From: Planctomycetota bacterium | GTDB taxonomy: Bacteria > Planctomycetota > MHYJ01 > WSZJ01 | Direction of reading: 5' to 3' | NCBI GenBank assembly: GCA_038060895.1 | Contig: JBBTCT010000016.1 | Coordinates: forward strand, 36,020 to 100,019 | Length of the DNA stretch: 64,000 nucleotides | Shown here: in pieces, positions 36,801-45,786 of the stretch | How positions within the stretch are numbered: the first letter of the stretch is position 1 | How the letters are laid out: every line of letters starts with the position of its first letter | Notes under the pieces: generated by a model | Told to the model about the DNA's origin: nothing | The model's database searches: none | The model's input: the letters and a program-made list of their open reading frames with translations, nothing else | Program-made: the position numbers and the translations under genes

Positions 36801-38868
36801 CGAGCGCGCGGACGTGGCCGTCCTCGGAGCAGAAAACGCAGTCCGCGGTGCCGTCCCCATCGACGTCGCCCATCTCGACGGACGATTCATTCGCCCCGCC
36901 GGACTCGAATGCCCACGTCCGGATCGCATCCATGCCCCTCAGCGAATAGACGCGCCAATCCGTCGCGGCGAAAACGATCTCGAGCGATCCGTTTCCATAG
37001 AGGTCCGCGGCCTGGGGACCGCCGTGGATCGGACGGTTGACCGGCACCCACCAGCGCGTCATTTCTTCCAGCCAGGACCGCAGCCTGACCGTCTTCCCAG
37101 CCTCAACCCGCACCACACAGCTCCTCGGAAAACTGCTGCGCCGCGTGAAATAGAGCCGCCAGGTGCCCGTGTCGAGGCGAAGCGACCGCACGGGAAGCGC
37201 GGCCTGCGCAGCCGGCTGCGCCGGAGGGATGTCGCCAAGGCGGCAGGTCTTCGGCGACGGGTCCGGCGTCCCGGTATCGGGATAAGCGCGAAGCGTGGTA
37301 CCGGGACCGTCGGCGTCCACTTCGAGAAACCCGAACTCGTGTTCGAGCCGGATCGCTCCCGGCACGGCGTCGTCGGCCGGAGTGATCGAAAACGCCGTTT
37401 CGTGCGAGTGATAATCCGGCGCGCTCACCGTCATCTTGTAGACGCCATTTCGAAGCGCGACCTCGCTTCGGCCGCCCTCGAGCTCCCTCACCGTGACGTC
37501 GCCCTGCGACAGGACGACCCGCGCGGAGGCCGGCTCGATGTCGAGCCGGAGCATTCCCGAGTCGTGCCGAAGAGCGATCGGGTCGAGTTCGATCGTCCGC
37601 CACGGCTTCACGGACGCGCTTGCTTTCTGCGGCTCGTGACCCTCGGCGAGCACGTCGACCCTGACGCTCGTCGCGGGCCACACGCGAAACGTCCCCGGCG
37701 CCGTGCCGCGGAGCTCGTCGTCGATGTAGACCCGCGCTCCCGGCGGCGTCGCCTTCACCGCAACCCACGCAGGCCCGCCGAGCCCGGCGCTCAGCCCCGC
37801 AACCGCAAGAAACAAGGCGCCCAGCGCCCCCGACAGCGCCGGCCGCTTCGCCGCAGCTTTCATCGACCGGTACACCCACGACGGAGGGCGCGCATGGATC
37901 GCTTCGCCGCGCAGGAAGCGCTCGAGGTCGTCGGCGAATTCCCGGGCCGACTGGTATCGCCGCGCGGGATTCTTCTCGAGCGCCTTGAGAACGATCGTCT
38001 CCGCGTCGCGCGACATGTCGGGCGCCAGCCGGCTCGGCGGAACCGGGTCCACGCTCTTCACCTTGTGCAGGATCTCCATCACTGACTCGCCGACGAAAGG
38101 CGCCACCCCGGTGACCACTTCGTACAACACCGTTCCCAGCGACCACACGTCCGTCCGCGCGTCGATGTCTTTCGCTCCGGCGGTCTGCTCGGGAGACATG
38201 TAGAGCGGAGTGCCGAGGACGTCCCCGGTCAGCGTGAGCGCCGTGGCATCGTTCGCGTCGCGCGCGAGGCCGAAGTCGAGGAGCATCGCGCGGTATTCCT
38301 CGACGAAGCCGTCGGCGACGCGAAGCGACGTCAGCGTGGTGGACGTCTTCAGCGGGGGCGACTCCGCGATGACGAGCACGTTTCCCGGCTTGATATCGCG
38401 GTGCACGATCCCCGCCGCGTGAGCGTGCGCCAGCGCCCGCGCGACCTGCGCCCCCAGCCGCATGGCCGTCCTCGGAAGCAGCCGCCGCGTTTCCTTGAGG
38501 AGCTGCGACAGCGAAGGGCCGTTCACGAACTCCATCGTGTAGTACCAGAACTCTTCTTCTTCGCCGACATCGAAGAGCCGCACGATGTTCGGGTGCGAGA
38601 GCGCGGCGGCGGCCTTGACCTCGCGCAGGAAGCGGGCGCGCACCATCGGGTCGTCGCCGACCTGTCGCGGGATGATCTTGAGCGCAACGGTGCGCGAGAC
38701 GGCGGTGTCCATTGCGAGGTAGACGGCGCCCATGCCGCCCTGGGCCAGCCACTTCACGATGTCGTACCGATTTCCGACTCGCGCTCCCGGGTCCAGGCGC
38801 CCGCCGCGAAGGGAGGGGCGCGAGTTCGGGACGTGGGTCGCGTCGTGGGCGCCGGGCGCGTCGGGCAT
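33856..38868 (-). CDS. Membrane Ser/Thr kinase with PEGA, FG-GAP/PQQ-type beta-propeller repeats and C-terminal TPRs
   Basis: GGMGAVY, VALK, HRDIKPGN, DFG, GTPLYMSPEQ. TM helix, TPPGARVYID, many DxDGDGxxD / GRDGxxLW repeats, NEFAW..LDTLG. Confidence 0.93.
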   Translation of the reverse strand: MPDAPGAHDATHVPNSRPSLRGGRLDPGARVGNRYDIVKWLAQGGMGAVYLAMDTAVSRTVALKIIPRQVGDDPMVRARFLREVKAAAALSHPNIVRLFDVGEEEEFWYYTMEFVNGPSLSQLLKETRRLLPRTAMRLGAQVARALAHAHAAGIVHRDIKPGNVLVIAESPPLKTSTTLTSLRVADGFVEEYRAMLLDFGLARDANDATALTLTGDVLGTPLYMSPEQTAGAKDIDARTDVWSLGTVLYEVVTGVAPFVGESVMEILHKVKSVDPVPPSRLAPDMSRDAETIVLKALEKNPARRYQSAREFADDLERFLRGEAIHARPPSWVYRSMKAAAKRPALSGALGALFLAVAGLSAGLGGPAWVAVKATPPGARVYIDDELRGTAPGTFRVWPATSVRVDVLAEGHEPQKASASVKPWRTIELDPIALRHDSGMLRLDIEPASARVVLSQGDVTVRELEGGRSEVALRNGVYKMTVSAPDYHSHETAFSITPADDAVPGAIRLEHEFGFLEVDADGPGTTLRAYPDTGTPDPSPKTCRLGDIPPAQPAAQAALPVRSLRLDTGTWRLYFTRRSSFPRSCVVRVEAGKTVRLRSWLEEMTRWWVPVNRPIHGGPQAADLYGNGSLEIVFAATDWRVYSLRGMDAIRTWAFESGGANESSVEMGDVDGDGTADCVFCSEDGHVRALGGRNGRPLWDRGFLSAARGIPRVADLDRDGTNEVVFEADGILVCAEGATGNSRWVFPAPGGAEGRCAVAAIDGDDVLDVIVATRNNLVAAVSGKDGHPLWTFVAGGPVYGSPAAADVDGDGIDDIAVASDRLIVLSGRDGHKLWDYPCGSSPASPAFARLDGDPAPDLVVPGGDAAIHALSGRNGSLLWRTPLPGRSRCLPAIADVDSDGTPDAVVSCSDGAIHFLSGRDGKSLWAFETNGPTQSSPLLVDVGGNGSLECAAGSDDGRIWLFAAQPGPARWRFPSTAGGVCSPVLLDADKDGTRDAVLAGPEGIIRMLSAADGRVLWEADATGGIAGTTRLPDVDGDGVPEVLAGLWQPDEHGACIAYSGATGVVLWRASESGPVGSPAATGDIDGDGKADVALGVGPGGNAVVTYGSASGRELRRFSCKVHFLQGLTSGDLDGDGLPELFAGANDNRLRIIGSDGRERFQVDTLHAIESPAAIADLDGDGATDIVFTCLDKRARAVSGKDGRVLWRYDIGAESESGPVIGDLDGDGAPEVVFGANNSSIHAVGGRDGLRRWRFNAGDQVRDTIVVADLDGDRKAEVLAGAWDSRVYVLEGSDGRPRFELDTGREAVNRRPVLEDTDGDGIPETLYLASHRNLARMDIPRRSPIERPDARTARRWARREIWPALAARGDAADPQQGISLAKAFLALGDPARAAAAASNTAAHFPRDPHCRVLLAAAKNDPVALGEALALDPFATFDFALRNGLLDEIASCASSLEPPARPLARAAALLLARRFDEARAALDQLIAGGRRPDLLLLRGHAALLAGDPEAALADWEALERVGGMGSDMRGYVARARSLTADPRKNAIEHARARRWEEAWTWYDRALAKFPDDAATLNEFAWFVATHAWRNDRQPEAPAPTELTAKAVAAAKRALELGPAAQRWEFLDTLGAASWANGEKEAALKAGEEAVSLAPEARKGELARRVGVYRDGVK

Positions 38869-38919
38869 CGTGCGAGTTTAACCGAATCCGAACCGCGTCC
38901 CCGCGCGCCGGCGCCGCTT

Positions 38920-40467
38920 CTATTTTGGCTCCGCTTCGGCCCGGCTCGCCTTCGGCAGCACGTACACGATCGCTCCCTCGTCTTCGTAGACCCGTTCCAG
39001 GAGCGCGTCCTCGCAGATTCGCACCTGCCGTGGAACTTCCCTGGTCACGACCAGCACGTTCGTGAGGAATGTGTCGCCGAATTCGACAGGGTCGAGCGGC
39101 TTTTTCCCGGTGCGGACTTCCTCCCAGTAACGGATGCGCGGCGGATCGGTGACGAGCATGAAGGCGGGGTCGAGGCCGTTGATGTAGCGGTGATCGGGGT
39201 CGGAGGCGAAGAGCTGGACGAAGTCGCCCCAGTTCAAGTGGCCCACGTTGGCGCCGGCAGGGACGTTGGCGCGGACCCACTTTGCGGCGCCGGACATGAC
39301 GGGGCCTTTGACGCGGCCGGCCTCTTTCATCGTGCGGCCGACGGTGTGGAAGTGATTCTGCGTGAGAAGAAGAGCCGCGACCGTGGCCACCCAGGTCACC
39401 GAACCCTGACGAGTCTTCCAGAGCTCCGCAAGGTCGCGGCCTTCAAGCAGATCGGAGATGACGGAGGCGAGGAGCCAGACGGCGGAGGGCGCGAAGTACT
39501 CGATGAAACGGCCGGAGAGGCAGTAGAGGCCGAAGGTGGCGAAGGTGATGAAGAGCAGGGAGAAGCTGCGCGACGAGAGGCGTTGGGCGCGGGCGGACAC
39601 AACGGAGAGGATCACCCCCGCCGCCAGCGAAATAAAAACACCGATCGAATCCGTCACCAGCGACCGCGTCGGGACCGCGTCGAACTCGTCCCCCCACGTC
39701 AGCCCCATCGTGGAGCCGCCCCAGGTCTGCTGCAGGACCACCACGTTCTGCACCCACCACATGTGAAGCGAGTTCGGCGAGTACGGGTGAAGGAGCAACC
39801 CGGCGAACACGCCGGCCGCAGCCGCCGCGGCCCCGCGCCATTCCGGCTTCCCGTTGTGAATCCACGTCGCCGCAAGGTGCGCGAGTGCGATCGCCACGAG
39901 CAGGTGCGGCGCCGCGTACGACCAGGCGTACACGAAGCCCACGGCCGCGAGCCACTTCCATTTGCCCTTGAGCAGCAGGGCCGTGCCGACGATGAAAAAC
40001 CCGATCGACAGAACGTGTGCGCGGCATTCGGAGAGCCGATAGATGAAGTGACTTCCTGAACCCGCGAGGGCAAATGCCCAAATGGGAGGCCCGCGTACTC
40101 CCGTGGCTCGAAGGGCGAACGCGAACGCGGCGATGACGGCCCCTGCCAGGAGCCACGCGGCGAATTTCGCGCCCGCCACCATCGTGGCCTCGGACCTGCA
40201 GAACGGCGCCAGCCAGACGTGGAAGAGGAACTCCTTGTCCGAGAAGTGGTCCTTCCAGAACGAGTACTGCGTCCACTCGAATTTCCGCGAAAGCCCGCGG
40301 GATGGAAGCAGGTTCGCGTAGCGGGCGTGGTAGTAGCCATCCCGGCTCAGCATGTGCGGCGTCGTGAACTGGACGGCGCGCAATTCGGCCGCGATCCCGA
40401 GCGCGACGGCGCAGGAGAAAATCGTCCCGAGCGCGCGGCGAGAGAGGGCAGGGGAGGCGTCGGGCAT
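38920..40467 (-). CDS. Polytopic membrane protein, possible GT-C-fold glycosyltransferase
   Basis: DGYYH after the first TM, about 11 TM helices, LLHPY, RFIEYF, soluble C-terminal domain. Confidence 0.65.
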   Translation of the reverse strand: MPDASPALSRRALGTIFSCAVALGIAAELRAVQFTTPHMLSRDGYYHARYANLLPSRGLSRKFEWTQYSFWKDHFSDKEFLFHVWLAPFCRSEATMVAGAKFAAWLLAGAVIAAFAFALRATGVRGPPIWAFALAGSGSHFIYRLSECRAHVLSIGFFIVGTALLLKGKWKWLAAVGFVYAWSYAAPHLLVAIALAHLAATWIHNGKPEWRGAAAAAAGVFAGLLLHPYSPNSLHMWWVQNVVVLQQTWGGSTMGLTWGDEFDAVPTRSLVTDSIGVFISLAAGVILSVVSARAQRLSSRSFSLLFITFATFGLYCLSGRFIEYFAPSAVWLLASVISDLLEGRDLAELWKTRQGSVTWVATVAALLLTQNHFHTVGRTMKEAGRVKGPVMSGAAKWVRANVPAGANVGHLNWGDFVQLFASDPDHRYINGLDPAFMLVTDPPRIRYWEEVRTGKKPLDPVEFGDTFLTNVLVVTREVPRQVRICEDALLERVYEDEGAIVYVLPKASRAEAEPK

Positions 40468-40540
40468 GGGAGGAGGCTAGCGGGGGGAAAGGAGCGGCGG
40501 AAGTGAAAGCGGTTCAGGCAACAATGGAATGGTCCTTCAC

Positions 40541-40672
40541 GTTACACAGAGGACGCAGAGAGCACAGAGGTCACAGAGAACGACCATGACTATTTTCTTC
40601 CTTTGTTCAACGGACCGTCGATTTCGTCTCTCTCTGTGTGGCCTCCGTGCTCTCCGTGTGCTCCGTGTCAAC
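40541..40672. repeat. Bipartite inverted nonamer-repeat element (CACAGAGnn)n...(nnCTCYGTG)n, copy 1
   Basis: Four direct CACAGAG-like units, a spacer, then four inverted units. Confidence 0.8.
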
Positions 40673-40688
40673 TGGAAGGCCTCCGGCG

Positions 40689-41135
40689 CTAACTTCTGAT
40701 TTCCTCCAGCCGCTTTTCAAACCCGCTGAACGCCTTGTTCAGCACCCGGGCGTGCCGCGCGGCGAAGTCCTTCGCGTTCAGGAAGTGCTCCGCGATGAGC
40801 GACGGGTGCACCGGCAGGTCGCTGACGTACCGCAGCCGCGTGTGCCCGTCTATTTCTTCCAGCGTCCACGTCCCCTGCCCCTTGTAGAAGCCGGACCGGT
40901 ACACCCAATGCAGGCTCTTCTGTTCTTCGAACTTTACGACCTCGGCGTAGAAACTCCGCTTCGCAACCAGGACCTCGAGCTTGGTCCCGATCAGTGCCGG
41001 GATGAGCTGGACTACGCGGAATCGAACGTCCCTTGGCCACCATCGGTTGTAGTCCTCGAAGTCGGCGAGGCACCGGAAGACGCGGGCGGGGGGGAATTCG
41101 AGCAGGCGTGCGTCATCGGTCTGGAAGCGGCGCAT
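40689..41135 (-). CDS. SRPBCC (polyketide cyclase/START) family protein
   Basis: PPARVFRCLADFEDYNRWWP, GTWTLEEIDGHTRLRY. An alternative start near 41195 is possible. Confidence 0.8.
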   Translation of the reverse strand: MRRFQTDDARLLEFPPARVFRCLADFEDYNRWWPRDVRFRVVQLIPALIGTKLEVLVAKRSFYAEVVKFEEQKSLHWVYRSGFYKGQGTWTLEEIDGHTRLRYVSDLPVHPSLIAEHFLNAKDFAARHARVLNKAFSGFEKRLEEIRS

Positions 41136-41191
41136 CGGCGCAGGATACGCGATGGCCACGGCGCAGGCGCCGACGAATCCGCCTTCAAGCA

Positions 41192-41896
41192 TCACGCCTT
41201 CGCGAGCACGACATCAAAGGTTCCCCGCTCGTACGTCCCTTCCGCCGCCTTGTGCTCCGCCACCTTGATGATCAGCGACTTCCGGATGAACGCGTCCTTC
41301 TCGTTCATCGGGTCGCCTTCGAAGTAGAGCTGCGTCACGAGGTCCTGGTATCCCGGAGCCCTGACGAGGTAGTGGATGTGGCTCGGCCGCCAGACACCCT
41401 TTCCGATCTCGTACCGCCCGGGATGTATCGTTTCGTACTCGTAGTATCCATTCTCATCCGTGACCAGCCGTGCCCGGTACAGGAACACGTCCTTCGCCGG
41501 CGGCGCCTTCGGGTCGTCGTTGTCGTACCGCCCGTCGTGGTTCGCCTGCCAGATGTCGAGGACGGCCATGGGAAGCGGCTTTTTCGTGTCGTGGCCCCAC
41601 ACGCGGCCTGAAATCAACATCACGGTCCCTTTGGAGAGCGGGGGCCCGATTTTCGCCCGGTACGGCGCGCCCTTGCGGTGGAACGGCCCGAGGATGTTGC
41701 TCTCCGTGGGATTCCAGTCGCCGTTTTTCGGGGCGTCGGGGGCCGGCTTCTCCTTTACGTAGCCGCCGTAATCGCCCACATCCCCGGATTCGGGAGTCGG
41801 GTCGGCGTCCGAGCGAAGCGTCAGTGCGCCGCTGAAAGCCGCGGCGAGGCCCAGGGAAGCGCGAGTGAGGAAGTCACGGCGGGGAAGGTCGAGCAT
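41192..41896 (-). CDS. Tat-exported intradiol ring-cleavage dioxygenase-like protein
   Basis: RRDFL Tat motif, DIWQANHDGRY, TIHPGRY, RPSHIHY, LVTQLYF. AAGGAGG RBS. Confidence 0.88.
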   Translation of the reverse strand: MLDLPRRDFLTRASLGLAAAFSGALTLRSDADPTPESGDVGDYGGYVKEKPAPDAPKNGDWNPTESNILGPFHRKGAPYRAKIGPPLSKGTVMLISGRVWGHDTKKPLPMAVLDIWQANHDGRYDNDDPKAPPAKDVFLYRARLVTDENGYYEYETIHPGRYEIGKGVWRPSHIHYLVRAPGYQDLVTQLYFEGDPMNEKDAFIRKSLIIKVAEHKAAEGTYERGTFDVVLAKA

Positions 41897-41978
41897 GGGG
41901 CCTCCTTTGGAAGGCATGGTAGCGGTTCGAGGGGGGCGTGAAGCAAACGGTGCGCCGGGTGGGACAATAACGACCTGG

Positions 41979-42130
41979 GCCACAGAGGACACAGAGAGCG
42001 CAGAGAAAAACGGCGATTTTTCAACCTCGGCTGCAAGTCCGGGTGGCGCGTACGCGCCGTGCCGGCAAAGCCGGCACGGACTTGCTCTTGGTTGACTGCC
42101 TTTCTCGGTGGCCTCTGTGCCCTCTGTGGC
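41979..42130. repeat. Bipartite inverted nonamer-repeat element, copy 2
   Basis: GCCACAGAGGACACAGAGAGCGCAGAGAAA ... TTTCTCGGTGGCCTCTGTGCCCTCTGTGGC. Confidence 0.8.
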
Positions 42131-42161
42131 TCCGGTCGTTGGTTCGCGCTATCGTGCGCCT

Positions 42162-43331
42162 GTGAACATCGACCTCTCCCCACGGCCCGAGCATCGCTTC
42201 ACTTTTGGCTTGTGGACCATCGGCAACCCGGGCCGCGACCCGTTCGGCGCGCCGGTACGGCAGACGCTCTCACCGGTCGAGATCGTGCACCTGCTGGCGG
42301 ATGTCGGCGCTTACGGCGTGAACTTTCACGACGACGACCTCGTGCCGATCGACGCGTCCCCTGCGAAGCGGAAGAAGATTGTCGCGGACTTCCGCCAGGC
42401 GCTGAAGGACACCGGGCTGATAGTGCCGATGGCGACGACGAACCTGTTCGGCGACCCGGCCTTCCGCGACGGCGCGTTCACGAGCAGCGATCCGCGGGTC
42501 CGGGCCTACGCCCTCCAGAAAACGATGCGCGCGATCGACCTCGGCGTGTCGCTCGGCGCGAAGATCTATGTGTTCTGGGGAGGGCGGGAAGGATCGGAGA
42601 CCGACGCAGGCAAGAATCTGCTCGACGCGCAGAAGTGGATGCGCGAGGCGATGAACTTCCTGTGCGGCTACGTGCGAAACCAGAAGTACGACCTCAAATT
42701 CGCGCTCGAAGCGAAGCCGAACGATCCGCGCGGAGATATTTTTCTCCCGACGACCGGTGCAATGCTCGCATTCATTGGGACGCTTGACCGGCCCGAGATG
42801 GTCGGCGTGAATCCCGAAGTCGCGCACGAACACATGGCGGGGCTGAACTTCACCCACGCGGTCGCGCAGGCCTGGGACGCGGGCAAACTCTTCCACATCG
42901 ACCTCAACGACCAGGCATTCGGGCGCTACGACCAGGACTTCCGCTTTGGCTCCTACAACCTCAAGTCCGCGTTCTTCCTCGTGAAGTTCCTCGAGGACGT
43001 CGGGTACTCCGGCTCGCGGCATTTCGATGCGCACGCGTACCGCACCTCCGACGCCGAGGATGTAAAGGCGTTCGCGAAGGGATGCATGCGGACGTACCTG
43101 ATCCTCAAAGAGAAGGCGGAGCAGTTCCGCGCGGACCGCGAGATCCAGGGCCTGCTGGAAGAGATCTTCGAGGACGACGGCGGCATGGATCGCTTCAAGG
43201 GGAAGTTCGCGCCGAAGAAAGCGGAGGCGCTGAAGTCGCACGCGTTCGATCGCGCCGCGATGGGGAAGCGCGGCCAGCCGTACGAGCGGCTCGACCAGCT
43301 TGTTGTTGAACTGCTGCTCGGGGTGCGGTGA
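42162..43331 (+). CDS. xylA: Xylose isomerase (class I, short type)
   Basis: [52 protein letters not shown]. Confidence 0.95.
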   Translation: MNIDLSPRPEHRFTFGLWTIGNPGRDPFGAPVRQTLSPVEIVHLLADVGAYGVNFHDDDLVPIDASPAKRKKIVADFRQALKDTGLIVPMATTNLFGDPAFRDGAFTSSDPRVRAYALQKTMRAIDLGVSLGAKIYVFWGGREGSETDAGKNLLDAQKWMREAMNFLCGYVRNQKYDLKFALEAKPNDPRGDIFLPTTGAMLAFIGTLDRPEMVGVNPEVAHEHMAGLNFTHAVAQAWDAGKLFHIDLNDQAFGRYDQDFRFGSYNLKSAFFLVKFLEDVGYSGSRHFDAHAYRTSDAEDVKAFAKGCMRTYLILKEKAEQFRADREIQGLLEEIFEDDGGMDRFKGKFAPKKAEALKSHAFDRAAMGKRGQPYERLDQLVVELLLGVR

Positions 43332-44293
43332 TGCCAGAGTTTCTCGGGCTGCCGTGCGTTGAGTTCAAGAACGCCACCATTTCGCTCCTTGTGACTGAAA
43401 CGGTCGGTCCGCGCATCCTTTCGCTGCGATTGCGCGGCGGCGAGAACATTCTCGCCGAGGTCCCGGACTTCACCCTCGAATGTCCCGGCGCAGGCAGGTA
43501 TCGCATGCGAGGAGGGCACCGTTTGTGGGTGGCGCCTGAAGAGCCTCGATGGACGTACCTGCCCGACGATGCACCTCCCAGAATCGAGGTGACGCCTCAC
43601 ACTCTCGAAGTGTCTCAGCCCATCGAGCTGCTTACTGGACTTCAGAAGTCGTTCACGATCGGTTTCCCGACCGTGCTGGTCAATCACCTCCGATCGTCGG
43701 ATCAACCATCCACGGATGCCACTAAAGATCCGTTTTTTGGTGAGATTTCGATGGTGGTCGTCGATCACGGACTCAAGAACTGCGGCTCGACTCCCGTCAC
43801 CTGCTCGCCGTGGGCAATCACACAATTCAAACCAGGTGGGTTTGCGATCCTCCCGCACACGAATCGCGGGAGCGAAGTAGGTGGATCCTGGAAGAAACGA
43901 GGATTTGTCCTCTGGCCTTACACAAGAAAGGACGATCCGAACATTTCTTGGGGCGCGAACTACACCTTCGTACATGCCCGGCTCAGTACTGGCGCGCTGA
44001 AGATCGGTTATTCCAACTACAACGAGTGGCTTGCCTACTTCCGCAATGGGACCGTTCTGACCAAAGTCGCCTCCTTTGGTCGGTCGGACACCTATTTCGA
44101 GCAGGGAAGTTCCAGTCAGTGCTACTGCAATGACCGGTTTCTTGAACTTGAGACGCTCGGTCCCGTGACCACAATCGCGCCCGGCGAGCAGCGTTGGCAC
44201 CGCGAAACCTGGTTCATTCGGGATGGGGTTTCGCTCGAGCCGACAGAAACCGGAGCTGAATCGGCGGGCCTTCCCGAATGGAACTTCGTCTGA
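43331..44293 (+). CDS. DUF4380/galactose-mutarotase-like protein
   Basis: GPRILSL, GGHRLWVAPE, PWAIT, FLELETLGP, HRETW. Visibly lower GC than its neighbours. Confidence 0.7.
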   Translation: MPEFLGLPCVEFKNATISLLVTETVGPRILSLRLRGGENILAEVPDFTLECPGAGRYRMRGGHRLWVAPEEPRWTYLPDDAPPRIEVTPHTLEVSQPIELLTGLQKSFTIGFPTVLVNHLRSSDQPSTDATKDPFFGEISMVVVDHGLKNCGSTPVTCSPWAITQFKPGGFAILPHTNRGSEVGGSWKKRGFVLWPYTRKDDPNISWGANYTFVHARLSTGALKIGYSNYNEWLAYFRNGTVLTKVASFGRSDTYFEQGSSSQCYCNDRFLELETLGPVTTIAPGEQRWHRETWFIRDGVSLEPTETGAESAGLPEWNFV

Positions 44294-44294
44294 T

Positions 44295-45779
44295 ATGCGG
44301 CAAATCCTCGGCCTGGACGTTTCCACCACCGCAACAAAGGCGCTTCTCGTCGACGAGAAGGGCTCGACCCTCGGCGTGGCGTCGAGCGAGTACACGTTTG
44401 AGTCGCCACGGCCTCTCTGGAGCGAGCAGCATCCATCCCTGTGGTGGACGGCGGCCTGCGAGGCGGTGCGCCGCGTGCTTTCGGAGACGGGCTCAGACGC
44501 ATTATCGATCGCCGGTATCGGCCTGACAGGCCAGATGCACGGCCTCGTCGCGCTCGGCGAAAACCTGGAGCCGCTTCGGCCCGCGATCTTGTGGAACGAC
44601 GGGCGGACGGAGGAGGAGTGCGACGACGTGCGGCGGCTGGTGGGGCGCGAGCGGCTGCTGGCGATTACGGGGAACGACGCGCTGGCGGGGTTTACGGCGC
44701 CGAAGATTTTGTGGCTGAAGCGGCATGAGGTGAAGGTGTTCGGGGCGATGCGGCACGTGCTGCTGCCGCATGATTTCGTGCGGCTGAAGCTGACGGGGGA
44801 GCTGGCGTCGGACAAGGCGGGGGCGTCGGGGACGATTCTGTTCGACCTGGCGCGGCGCGACTGGTCGCCGGTGGTGGTGTCGGCGCTGGGGATCGATCCG
44901 GCGTGGCTGCCGCGGACGTTTGAGGGGACGGAAGTGGCGGGGGCGGTGACGCGTGCGGCGGCGGCGGCGACGGGGTTGCGGGAGGGGACGCCAGTGTTCG
45001 GCGGGGGCGGGGACCAGCAGGCGGCGGCGGTGGGGACGGGGGCGGTGTCGGAAGGGATTCTCTCCGTGAGCCTGGGGACGTCCGGTGTGGTGTTCGCGGC
45101 TTCGAACAAGCCGTTCATCGAGCCGGAGGGGCGCCTCCACGCGTTCTGCCACGCGGTGCCGGGGCAGTGGCACCTGATGGGCGTCATGCTCTCCGCCGCG
45201 GGAAGCCTTCGGTGGTTCCGCGACACGTTCGCGCCGGGCGTTTCGTACGACGAGCTGCTGGCGCCCGCGATCAACGTGCCGGCGGGAAGCGACGGGCTTC
45301 TCTTTCTGCCGTATCTCACGGGCGAGCGGACGCCGCACAACGACCCGCACGCCCGCGGCGCGTTCGTCGGCATCACCGTGCGGCATACGCGCGCGCATTT
45401 CGTCCGGGCCGTGCTGGAGGGCGTTGCGTTCGCGCTGAAGGACAGCCTCGACCTGCTGCGCGCGTCCGGCCATGCGGCCGCGACGCAGATCCGCATCACG
45501 GGCGGCGGCGCGCGGAGCCGGCTCTGGCGGCAGATTCTCGCGGACGTTTTCGCCGCGCCGGTTTCGACCGTGAGTTCCGAAGAAGGCGCCGCGTTCGGCG
45601 CTGCGCTGCTCGCGTCGGTCGGCGCCGGCGCCCACTCCAGTGTTCCCGCGGCCTGCAACGCGGCCGTCCGCGTCACGGGGACCCTGGAGCCCTGCCAGGG
45701 CGCAGCGGCCTACGCCGCCCTCCGCCCGCGATTCCGCGCGCTCTATCCCGCCCTCGCCCCCTCGTGGCGGCCGGGATAA
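44295..45779 (+). CDS. xylB: Xylulokinase
   Basis: GLDVSTT, GLTGQMHG, ILWNDGR, GGGDQ, SLGTSG, PYLTGERTP, GGGARSRLW. Confidence 0.95.
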   Translation: MRQILGLDVSTTATKALLVDEKGSTLGVASSEYTFESPRPLWSEQHPSLWWTAACEAVRRVLSETGSDALSIAGIGLTGQMHGLVALGENLEPLRPAILWNDGRTEEECDDVRRLVGRERLLAITGNDALAGFTAPKILWLKRHEVKVFGAMRHVLLPHDFVRLKLTGELASDKAGASGTILFDLARRDWSPVVVSALGIDPAWLPRTFEGTEVAGAVTRAAAAATGLREGTPVFGGGGDQQAAAVGTGAVSEGILSVSLGTSGVVFAASNKPFIEPEGRLHAFCHAVPGQWHLMGVMLSAAGSLRWFRDTFAPGVSYDELLAPAINVPAGSDGLLFLPYLTGERTPHNDPHARGAFVGITVRHTRAHFVRAVLEGVAFALKDSLDLLRASGHAAATQIRITGGGARSRLWRQILADVFAAPVSTVSSEEGAAFGAALLASVGAGAHSSVPAACNAAVRVTGTLEPCQGAAAYAALRPRFRALYPALAPSWRPG

Positions 45780-45786
45780 CCCGCCG

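Noticed and set aside
40541-42130. CACAGAG repeats as CRISPR or IS ends
   Set aside because: Units are 9 bp and inverted, there is no repeat-spacer periodicity, and no transposase lies between them.
42953-45676. Long antisense ORFs (e.g. 907 aa here, 854 aa at 57825-60389, 662 aa at 54880-56868)
   Set aside because: Shadow frames of well-supported genes in high-GC DNA, with no motifs of their own.
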